In this document: piece after piece, positions 17,829 to 27,150 of the stretch
Layout: each line of letters opens with the position of its first letter
How positions within the stretch are numbered: the first letter of the stretch is position 1
Assembly: GCA_963791045.1 (NCBI GenBank)
Contig: CAWBQK010000004.1
Coordinates: 1-64,000 of the forward strand
From: Candidatus Latescibacterota bacterium
Lineage (GTDB): Bacteria > Krumholzibacteriota > Krumholzibacteriia > WVZY01
DNA length: 64,000 nt
Direction: 5' to 3'
Position numbers and translations under genes: made by a program
Notes under the pieces: generated by a model
What the model saw: only the letters and a program-made list of their open reading frames with translations
Databases searched by the model: none
What the model was told of the DNA's origin: nothing

Positions 17829-20472
17829 TTAGTCATTGGATCGTCCCTGGAATTCCCTCGCCCAGTTCTGCACGACGGTGATCCCGACGTCAAAGGTGTT
17901 GCGGTGCTGCACCACCGGCTGCTGCATAATAAACGCTTCGCCGTCGCCGGACACCGCGTAGGTACGGAAGTTTCCGCCGACGAGATCGAGCGAGTTGCAG
18001 TCGACGACCTTCACGGGAGTTCCCAGAACGAGATTGCTCTCGGTCTGCACGGGCACTTCATAGATGTCACACCCGCCGCCTCGATAGTAGAGTGTATTTC
18101 CGCTGCGGCCCCACACCGGGAACTCGCCCCCGTCGATCGACACCTGCCACTTGCCTTCGCCGCTTGGGAAGCGCTTGACGTACACTTCGTAATCCCCCGA
18201 CTCGTTGGATTCGTAAACCAGATACCGTCCGTCGGGTGAGATCTTTGGATTCAGCTCGCGTGCCGGCGTCACGAGAAACGCCACGGGTTGAACCCCGCCT
18301 TCCAGCGGCGTGTACCAGATATCCTCCTGGGTTTTCCCGCCTTGAAAATGATAGGCGAGCATCGTTCCATCACGCGACACCGAAGGTGACCGGCCTTTGA
18401 CCAGCGCATGTTCAGAACCGGTCCCGTCCGCGGCGCGTACGTAGATCGAGTCTGTCGGAATGTTGTGAAAAAAGATTTCCGTGCCATCCGGGCTCCACGC
18501 CGGCGCAACCTGCGACCCTTCGGCGAAGGTAAACCGGGTCCTCGTACCGCGCGACATGTCGTGGATCCATATGTCAATTTCATCCCCGTCGTTACTGACA
18601 ACGGCCAGGCGGCTTTCATCGGGAGACAGCGAGGGCTGCCCGAAGGCCGACGACCGGGTCGTAACCGAATCGCCAACCGCTCCATTCCGATCGGTCCAGC
18701 GAAGCACGAATTCGGAGTCGCTCGCCCCGCGGAGATACACCATCGTTCCATCTTTGGCAATCGATGGATAACTGCTGTCCGCGGCCACGAGGAATGGCTC
18801 ACCGGTGACTTCCAGCTTATCGATTGAGAACGGCACCGCCCAAACGCCACCGTTCTGACCTGCCCTGCGATAAATTACGTGACCGCTCGAGCAGTACTGG
18901 GGATTAAACAAACGCTGGCCTTCGACGCGAACGATCTTCACGCGCTTGTCGCCGGCAATGAGCTCAACGGTGTCCGGACTGGTGTTAATCCCGTGGGAGA
19001 CAAAAAGCACGCCGCGGCCGCCGGGAAGCCAACTGGGTTCGTGGTAATCCGCGTCCTGTTCCGGAACAAGATCGTAGAACAGTTTCGGATCCCCACCCTG
19101 TTCGCTGATCACCTGCAGACCTTCCGTCCCGTATGAAAAGACGATGCGGCCGTCCTCACCCCACGTCGCGCCCCGCCCCCCAGAGAAACTAGGCTGGGGG
19201 TCGCTCATCTTGACACTCGTCCCGCCGGCCGCCGGCACCTTGAAAACTTTCCCATTGGAGAGATAACCGATGTGATTGCCGTCGGGCGACCAGAACGGCT
19301 TGTCAACGTCGCCGTCGGTGGTGATTTCGCGCGGCTCCATCTGATCGAGGTCCTGAACCCAGAGCTTCTTATTCAGCGTATACGCGACACTCGTTCCGTT
19401 GGGTGAAATCACAGGCTGCCGCGGACCGCTGTTTTCGCCGCGTTCGACGACGAGGCTGAATTTGCGAACCGGACATCTCCGATGCGCCCGGTTTGAACTT
19501 CCACGCGGCCGCGCCCACAAGAAGAGCTGCGATGACACTCACGACGGCAAATGCGGCCACCTGCCGTACACCAAACCGCTGCGACGAACCACTCGCCGTC
19601 GGCATCGTGTCGTCCGCTTCACCGCGGCGAACCCGGTCGAGAATGATCCGTGCTTCACCAATGTCGCGAAGACGTTCGCGCGGATCCCTGTCTAGACACC
19701 GTCGAATAAGTTTTACGATGGCGGGGGGAGTGTCTTTGGGAAGCGCGTCCCACTCTGGCTCGCTCCGCAATACGGACGCGAGTGTATCGGACACGGTTTC
19801 TCCAACAAAAAGTTGTTTGCCCATGAGCATTTCATAAAGAACACATCCGAACGCCCACACGTCGGCACGTCTATCGACGCGTTTGCCGCGCGCCTGCTCA
19901 GGGCTCATGTACCCGGCGGTCCCGAGAATCACGCCGTGAAGCGTCGGGCTGCTTCCCATTATTGTCGGCGAGTTGGATATGTCTCCCGACATCGGATCGT
20001 TGTCGAGCGCTTTCGCTAACCCGAAGTCGAGCACTTTGACGGCGCCATCGGGTGTGACGACGATGTTGGCCGGTTTCAAATCGCGGTGGATGACGCCCTG
20101 GTCGTGCGCCGCTTCGAGCGCGTCGGCCACCTGGAGCGCGATCGCTATCGACTCATCGACCGGAACCGGACCCTGGGAGATCCGTTTCGACAGGTCATCG
20201 CCGGGGATGAGTTCTAGTACGAGAAAACGTTTGCCTTCGGCTTCTTCGATTCCATAGATCGCGGCGATATTTGGGTGGTTGAGACCGGCGAGGAGTTTGG
20301 CCTCGCGGTCAAACCGCTGGAGACGGTCTGCGTCGAGCGCGAACGTCTCGGGGAGGAACTTGAGCGCAACCTCGCGGCCGAGCCGGGTGTCGCGCGCCTT
20401 ATAAACCTCGCCCATCCCTCCGGCACCGATTTTCTCGGTGATCTCGTAATGGGCAACTTGTTGTCCAATCAT
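17829..20472 (-). CDS. Hanks-type Ser/Thr protein kinase + TM + TolB-like (PD40) beta-propeller, frameshift near 19480
   Basis: IGAGGMGEVY, VALK, HRDLKPAN, DFGLAK and GT.GYMSPEQ motifs, then a TM helix, repeated P.WSPDG blades and terminal VVQNW. Confidence 0.9.
17836..17881. repeat. 46-bp direct repeat (copy 2) within the kinase 3' end
   Basis: ttggatcgtccctggaattccctcgcccagttctgcacgacggtga, 44/46 identical to 5155..5200. Confidence 0.85.
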
Positions 20473-20619
20473 ATGTTACACCTCTACGCCTGGTTGGGGG
20501 GTATGTTCCCTATATATATGAAGAGATGCCCTTGCAGGAAAGCACAAAATCGCCGGTTTTGGGAGGTGCCGGGGCGCCCCAGGGGGCGCCCCGGTCGAGT
20601 CCACTGCTCTCGGGACTCC

Positions 20620-20676
20620 GCGAAAACGGGGAAACGGAAATGGGAGGAGTCAATCCGTCCGTCTCCCCGTTTTCGC
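20620..20676. terminator. Stem-loop downstream of trpB2
   Basis: 13-bp inverted repeat gcgaaaacgggga / tccccgttttcgc. Confidence 0.45.
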
Positions 20677-20707
20677 TAATGCGCAACGATGGGTGACCGC
20701 GAACCTG

Positions 20708-22075
20708 TCATTTCGACATGCGTTCGAGGCCTTGTAACGATTTCTCGAGCGCCCCTTCGGGGAACTCGTGGTCTTCGAGCTTGCCGCCATTAAACACCCC
20801 GTAGGCGCCCAGGTCGAAATGTCCGTGACCGCTGAGACAAAACAGAATCACGCGTTCCTCTCCTTGGTTCGTTGCGTCGTTGGCTTCATCAATCGCCGCC
20901 TTGATCGCGTGGGCCGACTCGGGCGCGGGCAGAATGCCCTCAGTGCTGCGTAAAGAGCAGCGCCGCATCGAAAACGTCTGTCTGGCCGTAGGCGCGCGCC
21001 TCGACCAACCGTTTTCTCACCAGATCCAAAGCAGCGGGCTGCCGCCGTGGTACCGCAGCCCTCCCGCATGAATGGCGGGCGGCACAAAGCTGTGTCCCAG
21101 CGTGAACATGGGAAGAAGCGGCGTGAGCCCCGCGGTGTCGCCGAAAGTCATACGCGAACGTCTCCCTTGGTGAGCGTCGGGCACGCGGTCGGCTCAACAG
21201 CCACCGCACGAAGGTTCCTTGCCCGCGAGCTTGTCGCGAAGAAACGGGAAGGCGATACCGCCAAAGTTCGAACCGCCGCCGACGCAGCCGATGACGACAT
21301 CGGGATAGTCGCCGGCTTTCTCCATCTGATTCTTCGCCTCGAGCCCAATCACGGTCTGGTGCAGCAGCACGTGGTTGAGAACACTCCCAAGCGAGTATTT
21401 GGTATCGTCACGCGAGACGGCGTCCTCAACAGCCTCGCTGATGGCGATCCCCAGACTGCCCGAGGTTTTTGGATCGGGTATTGAGGATGTTGCCGCCCCG
21501 CCTTGGTGTGCATGCTGGGGCTCGAGCACCACATCGGCGTCCCAGGTCTGCATCATGATCTTGCGGTACGGCTTTTGTTCGTAGCTCACCTTGACCATGT
21601 ACACCTTGCAATCCAGATCGAAGACGGTACACGCAAAGCTGAGCGCGCTGCCCCACTGGCCGGCGCCCGTCTCGGTGGTGAGCCGTTTGACACCCTCCTT
21701 GGCGTTGTAGTACGCCTGCGCCACGGCGGTATTGGGTTTGTGGCTACCCGTGGGGCTCACCCCCTCGTGTTTGAAATAGATCTTCGCGGGTGTGCCGAGC
21801 GCGCGTTCGAGTCGTTTCGCCCTGAATAAGCGGCGTCGGCCGCCACAGCCGGTACGCCTCCAGCACTTCTTCTGGGATGTCGATGTAGCGGTCCTGCGAG
21901 ACCTCCTGCTCGATAAGCGCCATCGGAAAGATCGGCGCGAGGTCTTCGGGGCCGATCGGCTGCCGCGTGCCGGGATGAAGAACCGGGAGCGGCGGATGTC
22001 TCGAGATCGGCGCATGATGTTGTACCAGCGCCTCGGCATCTCACTTTCATCAAGAATGAATTTCGTTGGTTCCAT
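20708..22075 (-). CDS. trpB2: TrpB2-type tryptophan synthase beta-like PLP enzyme, several frameshifts
   Basis: [72 protein letters not shown] and LSGHGHFDL motifs distributed over shifting frames. Confidence 0.85.
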
Positions 22076-22172
22076 CCGTCGATCCTCCTTTCGCTGGGCT
22101 TTGCCCTCGGGTACAGAATGTTGCAGTTCAAATCACCGGTTTGCCGACGCCCGGACCGGTCGCCGGGCATAC

Positions 22173-22203
22173 AAAAAGGGGCCGCGATCATCCCGCGGCC
22201 CCT
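22173..22203 (-). terminator. Attenuator terminator upstream of trpB2
   Basis: Minus strand aggggccgcg-ggatgat-cgcggcccc-ttttt, between the leader peptide and trpB2 start. Confidence 0.8.
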
Positions 22204-22275
22204 AAATAGAGAAAAGGCGGGAAACTTTAGTGTTCCCGCCTCTTCAATAGCCTGATAATACACGTACGGGCACAC

Positions 22276-22323
22276 CTATGAGAAGGCGCGCCACCACTTA
22301 TTCGTATTCAAAATAGTGTTCAT
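22276..22323 (-). CDS. trpL: Trp attenuator leader peptide MNTILNTNKWWRAFS
   Basis: 15-codon ORF with tandem TGG TGG followed by Arg, upstream of hairpins and trpB2. Too short for the ORF track. Confidence 0.85.
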   Translation of the reverse strand: MNTILNTNKWWRAFS

Positions 22324-22333
22324 ACGTGCACGT

Positions 22334-22362
22334 ATTATAACACATTCCATCCATGAAATCAA
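22334..22362 (-). promoter_or_regulatory. Sigma70-type promoter of trpL-trpB2
   Basis: Minus strand TTGATT-N17-TATAAT. Confidence 0.75.
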
Positions 22363-22455
22363 CTCCCATGCGCACGCATGTGATTAGGCCGGACTAAGAT
22401 GTCGATCGGCGGTGGAATCCTAAGGATGTCGGCGGGCGCTGGAGGGCAAAACGCG

Positions 22456-22547
22456 GCCCTGGGAATCACGTACCTTTCTCGAGTCTGTTCGGCTTCCGTT
22501 CGGGAGGGAACACCGATGAAAAGGTAGAGCACCATGATCCCCAGGGC
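22456..22547. ncRNA. Candidate structured RNA (long irregular hairpin), family unassigned
   Basis: Nested complementary segments gccctggg/cccagggc, atca/tgat, taccttt/aaaggta and tgttc/gaaca in an intergenic gap. Confidence 0.25.
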
Positions 22548-22740
22548 TCTGTTGTGATTTCACACCTCATAGGCCTGCTTAGTCGCATCCGCTGAGGGGC
22601 AAACGTTGAGGAAAACGTTTGAAATCATCTCAGAGGAGAGCGTTCCTTTCTCTCCCCTCTTGTTGATACGCACAAAACCGCCTCGGGTTGCAAAGTTGTT
22701 CAAATTTTTGACGGGATTTTGAGAGCTTTGCAATGCGAAC

Positions 22741-22774
22741 AAAAACGGCGTCCCGCTCGAAACGGGACGCCGTT
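22741..22774 (-). terminator. Intrinsic terminator of 22801..24672
   Basis: Minus strand aacggcgtcccg-tttcgag-cgggacgccg-ttttt. Confidence 0.8.
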
Positions 22775-22800
22775 AAATCAGAATACTGGTTCGGTGCCGG

Positions 22801-24672
22801 TTAACGTCTGTGCATCGATGGCGGGTCCGGCGCGTAAAGTGATTTCACCTTACCCCAGGTCGATTCCCTGACCTGAATACCACCACAGAAACATCCCGCA
22901 TTCGGGTTCACGATACTCGTCATGCCGTCGGCATAAATCAGATACTGATCGCAGTCGACGACTTCGATTCTGCCCGACGCAATGTTGGGATCCGGGAGAA
23001 CGGGATATTGACAACACGCCGCCGTCGCGCCCGACGCGAAATAGTTGATCGTCAGCACGTGGATCGGTGACGATTCGCACGCGCCATATCCTATTGCCAC
23101 GCCCGTCTGCGAGTTACCGATCGCCACCGGGAATTGCGGGGTGTCGGACAAATACGAGGCCCCTGACATACACGCCGGCATCGGCGCGGAAAACTGACAC
23201 GCCGTCGCCGCGACGATTCCGGTGTGGACCACGTATACCTCGAGAAGACCTGGTGCGCCTTCGGTAATGTTGCAGTCGGTCGCGTCCGTGGTTGAGTACA
23301 CCCCGATCATTCCTCCGTACGAGGGGCCAGGCGGCGTATAAACGATCTCTACCATTTCGGTCCCACCGTTGGATGCAACGGTGACATGCCCGATCTGCTG
23401 ACCGGGCGTGGGTACCTGTGCGGGATCAACGTTGATCGTCACGTACGCGCCGCCAACACCCGAAAGCGGCGGGGTGATTTCAATCCATGACGCATTGGCG
23501 CTCATCGACCATTCGAGCGTCCCATAACCCATATTCGAAATTTGAAACACACCTGACATAGTGGTCGATGAGAAATCGAGCCGGGGCGGGGTCACCGCCA
23601 AAAGTGGTTCGTTGTTGATCGACATCGCCACCGGTACGGTGCCGTCACCGCCGTTCGAGGTGATGAACACGTTTCCATTGTAATAACCGTCGGGGAGCCC
23701 GGTCCTGTCGACCGTTATCATCACGTTCGTGTTATTGACACCCGACATCGGAGCGGCCGAGAGCCACGTCTGGTCGGTCGTAACATCCCAGACAAGATCG
23801 CCGCTTCCCGCATTGAATATACTCAAGTTCTTCCCGGACTCCGTTGGAGCGAATGTCATCGATGGGGGCGAGACGCCGAGAGCAGGTTCCGTTACGTCTA
23901 CGCTGAGAAGAACCTCCACGGTTTCGTTTCCGCCGTTGGATATTACTTCGATCAGGCCCGAGTAGTACCCGGGAACGAGCCCCGAACGATCGACGCCGAC
24001 GGAGATCGTCCCGCCATTCGTCCCGGACGTCGGCGTAGCGTCGAGCCATGGGATTGATTCGGAAACACTCCAGTTGAGTGTCCCCCCGCCTATATTTGAA
24101 ATCGAAAATACAAGGTTCGTCCAATCGCTTTCGAAATCGAGCGTCTTGGGATTGACGTAGAGGAACGGATCCGTTGTTGTTCCGCCACACATACACGGGA
24201 TCATCGAATTGACATATGAAATTCCCCCCGTGGCGACGAGAAGATTCTGATCGCAGTCAACGACTTCGATGAGGCCCGTGTCGGGGTGGCCAAGAACCTG
24301 GAACGGACAATCCGTCGCGGACAACCCCTGTCCAAAAATATTCATCGTCAAAATGTGGATCGGGCTCGAGAAACACCCCCCGTAGCTCACCGAGAGTCCA
24401 TTTTGAGAATCTCCAATAATGAGTGGATACATCCCCATGTCACCAAGCCACACCGCGTTCATACAGTCGGGTAACGGCGCGGCAAAACTCGCCGCCGTCA
24501 CATTCACCGCGTTTTTGTGGATGACATACACCTGTAGGAGCCCCGGAACGATATCGGAAATACTGCAGTCGCTTCCTGCGGGGTCGGAGAAAAGACAAAT
24601 TGAGCCGGTCTGAGCAAAGCTGAGTTGCGCGATGAGGATGGTAAGACCAGCAATCAACAGGACCCGTTTCAT
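22801..24672 (-). CDS. Secreted protein: Cys-rich domain + 3 BACON-like Ig repeats + Cys-rich domain + STWGKVKSLY tail
   Basis: Signal peptide; three repeats of L.V.P..L.F...I.N.G.G.L.W....WL...P.SG....V.VDR.GL..G.Y.G...V.SNGG; GGAGG RBS. Confidence 0.8.
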   Translation of the reverse strand: MKRVLLIAGLTILIAQLSFAQTGSICLFSDPAGSDCSISDIVPGLLQVYVIHKNAVNVTAASFAAPLPDCMNAVWLGDMGMYPLIIGDSQNGLSVSYGGCFSSPIHILTMNIFGQGLSATDCPFQVLGHPDTGLIEVVDCDQNLLVATGGISYVNSMIPCMCGGTTTDPFLYVNPKTLDFESDWTNLVFSISNIGGGTLNWSVSESIPWLDATPTSGTNGGTISVGVDRSGLVPGYYSGLIEVISNGGNETVEVLLSVDVTEPALGVSPPSMTFAPTESGKNLSIFNAGSGDLVWDVTTDQTWLSAAPMSGVNNTNVMITVDRTGLPDGYYNGNVFITSNGGDGTVPVAMSINNEPLLAVTPPRLDFSSTTMSGVFQISNMGYGTLEWSMSANASWIEITPPLSGVGGAYVTINVDPAQVPTPGQQIGHVTVASNGGTEMVEIVYTPPGPSYGGMIGVYSTTDATDCNITEGAPGLLEVYVVHTGIVAATACQFSAPMPACMSGASYLSDTPQFPVAIGNSQTGVAIGYGACESSPIHVLTINYFASGATAACCQYPVLPDPNIASGRIEVVDCDQYLIYADGMTSIVNPNAGCFCGGIQVRESTWGKVKSLYAPDPPSMHRR

Positions 24673-24877
24673 GGTCGCCTCCCGTGTTGCTGTGAAACGC
24701 GAAGGAATCTTTTCGGCCGCCTATATTATACCACAGATTCGTACTCGAACCCACCCTCGCAACTCACTCTTACTGTTCCAGCTAAGGACTCAAATATGAG
24801 TTGTTTACCATTTGCTAATCAAGATGCTATACTTATAAGGGAATAAAAACGTTCACTCTTTCCCAGGAGGGTCGATC

Positions 24878-25462
24878 ATGCGTCGAGTAATCCTCGCCGC
24901 CAGCATCCTGATCCTTGTGACCACGGCACTCGCCGCGGCCAACCCCATCGCCTGGCCGCCATGGGGCGACATCATCCTCTGCGAGGATTCGCAGGGCTTC
25001 GACGGTTTCTTCGACACGACACCCGGTCTCATTACTATCAACGTCATCGTCACGGGTGTCTCGGGTGGCTCGGGCGCCGGGCTTACCGCATGTCAGTTCG
25101 CCGCTCCCATCGGCCAGTGTTTCAACGGCGTCTGGCTCTCTGACGGCCAGGTGTTTCCCGTCACACTCGGAGACTCGCAGACGGGCGTGGCGATCGGTTT
25201 TGGCCAGTGTCTCCAGGCACCCGTTCATGTATTGACGATCAACCTTTTTTGCTATGGCCCCGGAACCGACTGTTGCTTTGTGTGGGCGGTGCCCCACCCG
25301 GACGCCACTTCCGGTGAAATCGAACTCGTCGACTGTGCCTACACACAATATTTCGGAACGGGCGGCGCGGCGATCATTCAGCCTGACGCGAACGACTGCA
25401 TACAGTACGTCCCGGTTCAGGAAACTTCGTGGGGAAAGGTCAAGTCGCTGTATGCAGAGTAG
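24878..25462 (+). CDS. Secreted single Cys-rich-domain protein with TSWGKVKSLY tail
   Basis: AGGAGG RBS, signal peptide, TACQFAAP...C...WLSD..VFPV.LGDSQTGVAIGFGQC...PVHVLTIN...CC...SGEIELVDC. Confidence 0.8.
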   Translation: MRRVILAASILILVTTALAAANPIAWPPWGDIILCEDSQGFDGFFDTTPGLITINVIVTGVSGGSGAGLTACQFAAPIGQCFNGVWLSDGQVFPVTLGDSQTGVAIGFGQCLQAPVHVLTINLFCYGPGTDCCFVWAVPHPDATSGEIELVDCAYTQYFGTGGAAIIQPDANDCIQYVPVQETSWGKVKSLYAE

Positions 25463-26039
25463 GCTCGGCCTCGCCGTCGTCCTGTCGGCCATCGTCGTTC
25501 TTTTGTGTCCCCACATGGGCTTCGCCCAGGGATTGAGGTTCGACTCCGAGACCATCGTCGTTAAGGTCAAGCCGGATCACATCCGTATCACTGGGACGTA
25601 CACCATTGTCAATGACACACCCACCGACCGTCCCCAGCGACTGTACTACCCATTTCCAGTCGACTCCCTCCATCCTCCGGCTTACAACATCGAAGTGATG
25701 CTCGGAGATTCACTCGTTGAATTCAAAGCATCCGACATCGGGATACTGTTCTCTATCCCTCTTCCCGCCGAAGGGTCGGCGACATTCAACGTCTCCTACG
25801 CCCAGGACTGCCTCGACCATACCGGGTGCTATATCCTCATGACTACATCCACGTGGAATGTGCCGCTTCGCAAAGCCCTTTTTGAAATCCACATTCCGCC
25901 GGGAATCGAACTCGTCGCGTCATCGTATGAATTTGATTCCGTAGTTGAAAAGGACGACGCGCAAATCCACCGTATGGAGCGGAACGATTTCATGCCCGAC
26001 GCGGACCTTTGTGTCGAGTGGCGTATCCCCGGAGATTAG
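25452..26039 (+). CDS. Secreted hypothetical protein (DUF4424-like)
   Basis: ATG overlapping upstream gene end, signal peptide, SETI.V...Y...N.T...YPFP, Y.Q, YILMTTSTW..PL..A.F and DF.PD.DL.VEW. Confidence 0.55.
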   Translation: MQSRLGLAVVLSAIVVLLCPHMGFAQGLRFDSETIVVKVKPDHIRITGTYTIVNDTPTDRPQRLYYPFPVDSLHPPAYNIEVMLGDSLVEFKASDIGILFSIPLPAEGSATFNVSYAQDCLDHTGCYILMTTSTWNVPLRKALFEIHIPPGIELVASSYEFDSVVEKDDAQIHRMERNDFMPDADLCVEWRIPGD

Positions 26040-26084
26040 ACGTAGCAGGGAGTTTGGGCCCCCTCACTCTTCGGTTTTGATGCG

Positions 26085-26113
26085 TTGAACCCACCCACGT
26101 CATATGGCATAAT
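26085..26113 (+). promoter_or_regulatory. Sigma70-type promoter for the dsrC-M-K-like operon
   Basis: TTGAAC-N17-CATAAT with TG extension. Confidence 0.5.
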
Positions 26114-26175
26114 CCACCGATCGGCCGGGAGGCTTCCCAGGTCAGGCCGACTGCAATACAACAGGAGGATCGTCA

Positions 26176-26493
26176 ATGCCAACAGTTGAAATCGGCGGAA
26201 AAACCTATGAGGTCGACGGGGATGGCTTTCTCCAGGACCCCCAGCTCTGGAACGAGGATGTCGCCCGCATTTTTGCAACCACCGACGGGACCGGAGAACT
26301 CACCGATGAGCACTGGGCCGTGGTCAATTATATCCGTGAATACTGGAAAGAGAACGATCTTGCCCCGATGGTGCGAAAGATCTGTCAAAACACCAATCTA
26401 AGACTCAAACAGATATACGAGCTTTTTCCCATGGGCCCCGCCAAGGGCGCATGCCGGATCGCCGGACTGCCAAAACCCGACGGCTGCGTCTAG
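26176..26493 (+). CDS. dsrC: DsrC/TusE-family sulfur-relay protein with both C-terminal cysteines (DsrC-type)
   Basis: D.DGFL....W.E.VA, LTDEHWAVV.YIREYW, AP.VR and LFP.GPAKGACRIAGLPKPDGCV; AGGAGG RBS. Confidence 0.85.
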   Translation: MPTVEIGGKTYEVDGDGFLQDPQLWNEDVARIFATTDGTGELTDEHWAVVNYIREYWKENDLAPMVRKICQNTNLRLKQIYELFPMGPAKGACRIAGLPKPDGCV

Positions 26494-26505
26494 GAGATTA
26501 ACCCG

Positions 26506-27150
26506 GTGACACTCTATCACTGGATACTCGCGGTTTGCTTCGGTATCTTCGCACTCGGCGCTTTGCGGCTCGCCCTCCAGGTGATCGCCGGCGGCGCCGG
26601 GAACGACCCGTCCCACGCCAGAGGCAGCGCGGTGCGCGGGGTGATCTATTCTTTTAGCGGGGCGATGTCCCCGTTTCACAAAGAAAGCGCCAAACGCCAC
26701 ATTCCAACCTATGTCGCCGGGCTTGTGTTTCACGGCGGCGTGTTTTTTGGAATGCTCTGCGTTGCGCTTCTGTTCTTCAATGTCAGGCTTTTACCTCAGA
26801 TCACCCAGGCCGCCGCAGGCATAATGGCCGTCACGGCGGCGTGCGGCATCGGGCTTCTCGTCAAGCGGGCCGTCACACCAAAGATGCGCCACTTCACGGT
26901 ACCCGACGATTATTTCAGCAACATATTGGTCGTGGGATTTCAGATTCTCACGGCGGCGACATTGTACAACGACAGGCTCGTCCCCGGACTCTTTGTCTAC
27001 GCGGGACTCCTCTTTTTATACATCCCGCTCGGCAAGCTCAGGCACGCGATCTACTTCCCCTTCACCCGGACTTTTCTTGGAATGTACTTTGGAAAACGAG
27101 GCGTATGGGGCGGCAAGAGGAAGAAGGAATGGGAAACACCACGACACTAA
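26506..27150 (+). CDS. NarI/DsrM-like membrane (putative cytochrome b) subunit
   Basis: About five TM helices, FHGG, L..KR...P.MR..T.PDDYF and YIPLGKLRH motifs; lies between dsrC and the DsrK-like gene. Confidence 0.7.
   Translation: MTLYHWILAVCFGIFALGALRLALQVIAGGAGNDPSHARGSAVRGVIYSFSGAMSPFHKESAKRHIPTYVAGLVFHGGVFFGMLCVALLFFNVRLLPQITQAAAGIMAVTAACGIGLLVKRAVTPKMRHFTVPDDYFSNILVVGFQILTAATLYNDRLVPGLFVYAGLLFLYIPLGKLRHAIYFPFTRTFLGMYFGKRGVWGGKRKKEWETPRH

Larger units (their letters stand above)
5155..17881. mobile_element. Putative inserted or duplicated island (~12.7 kb) carrying the osmolyte cluster; no integrase seen
   Basis: Bounded by 46-bp direct repeats of a gene 3' end and contains a diverged second copy of the neighbouring 171-aa gene and its terminator. 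Confidence 0.4.

Noticed and set aside
20708-22075. trpB2 as a pseudogene
   Set aside because: Catalytic motifs, promoter and attenuator are intact, and neighbouring genes show the same indel noise; sequencing error is more likely.
22380-22670. c-di-GMP-I or glycine riboswitch, SRP or 6S RNA
   Set aside because: Only isolated short matches (ggcaaa, ctaag, ggagag) without the required order and pairing; kept only as an unassigned structured region.
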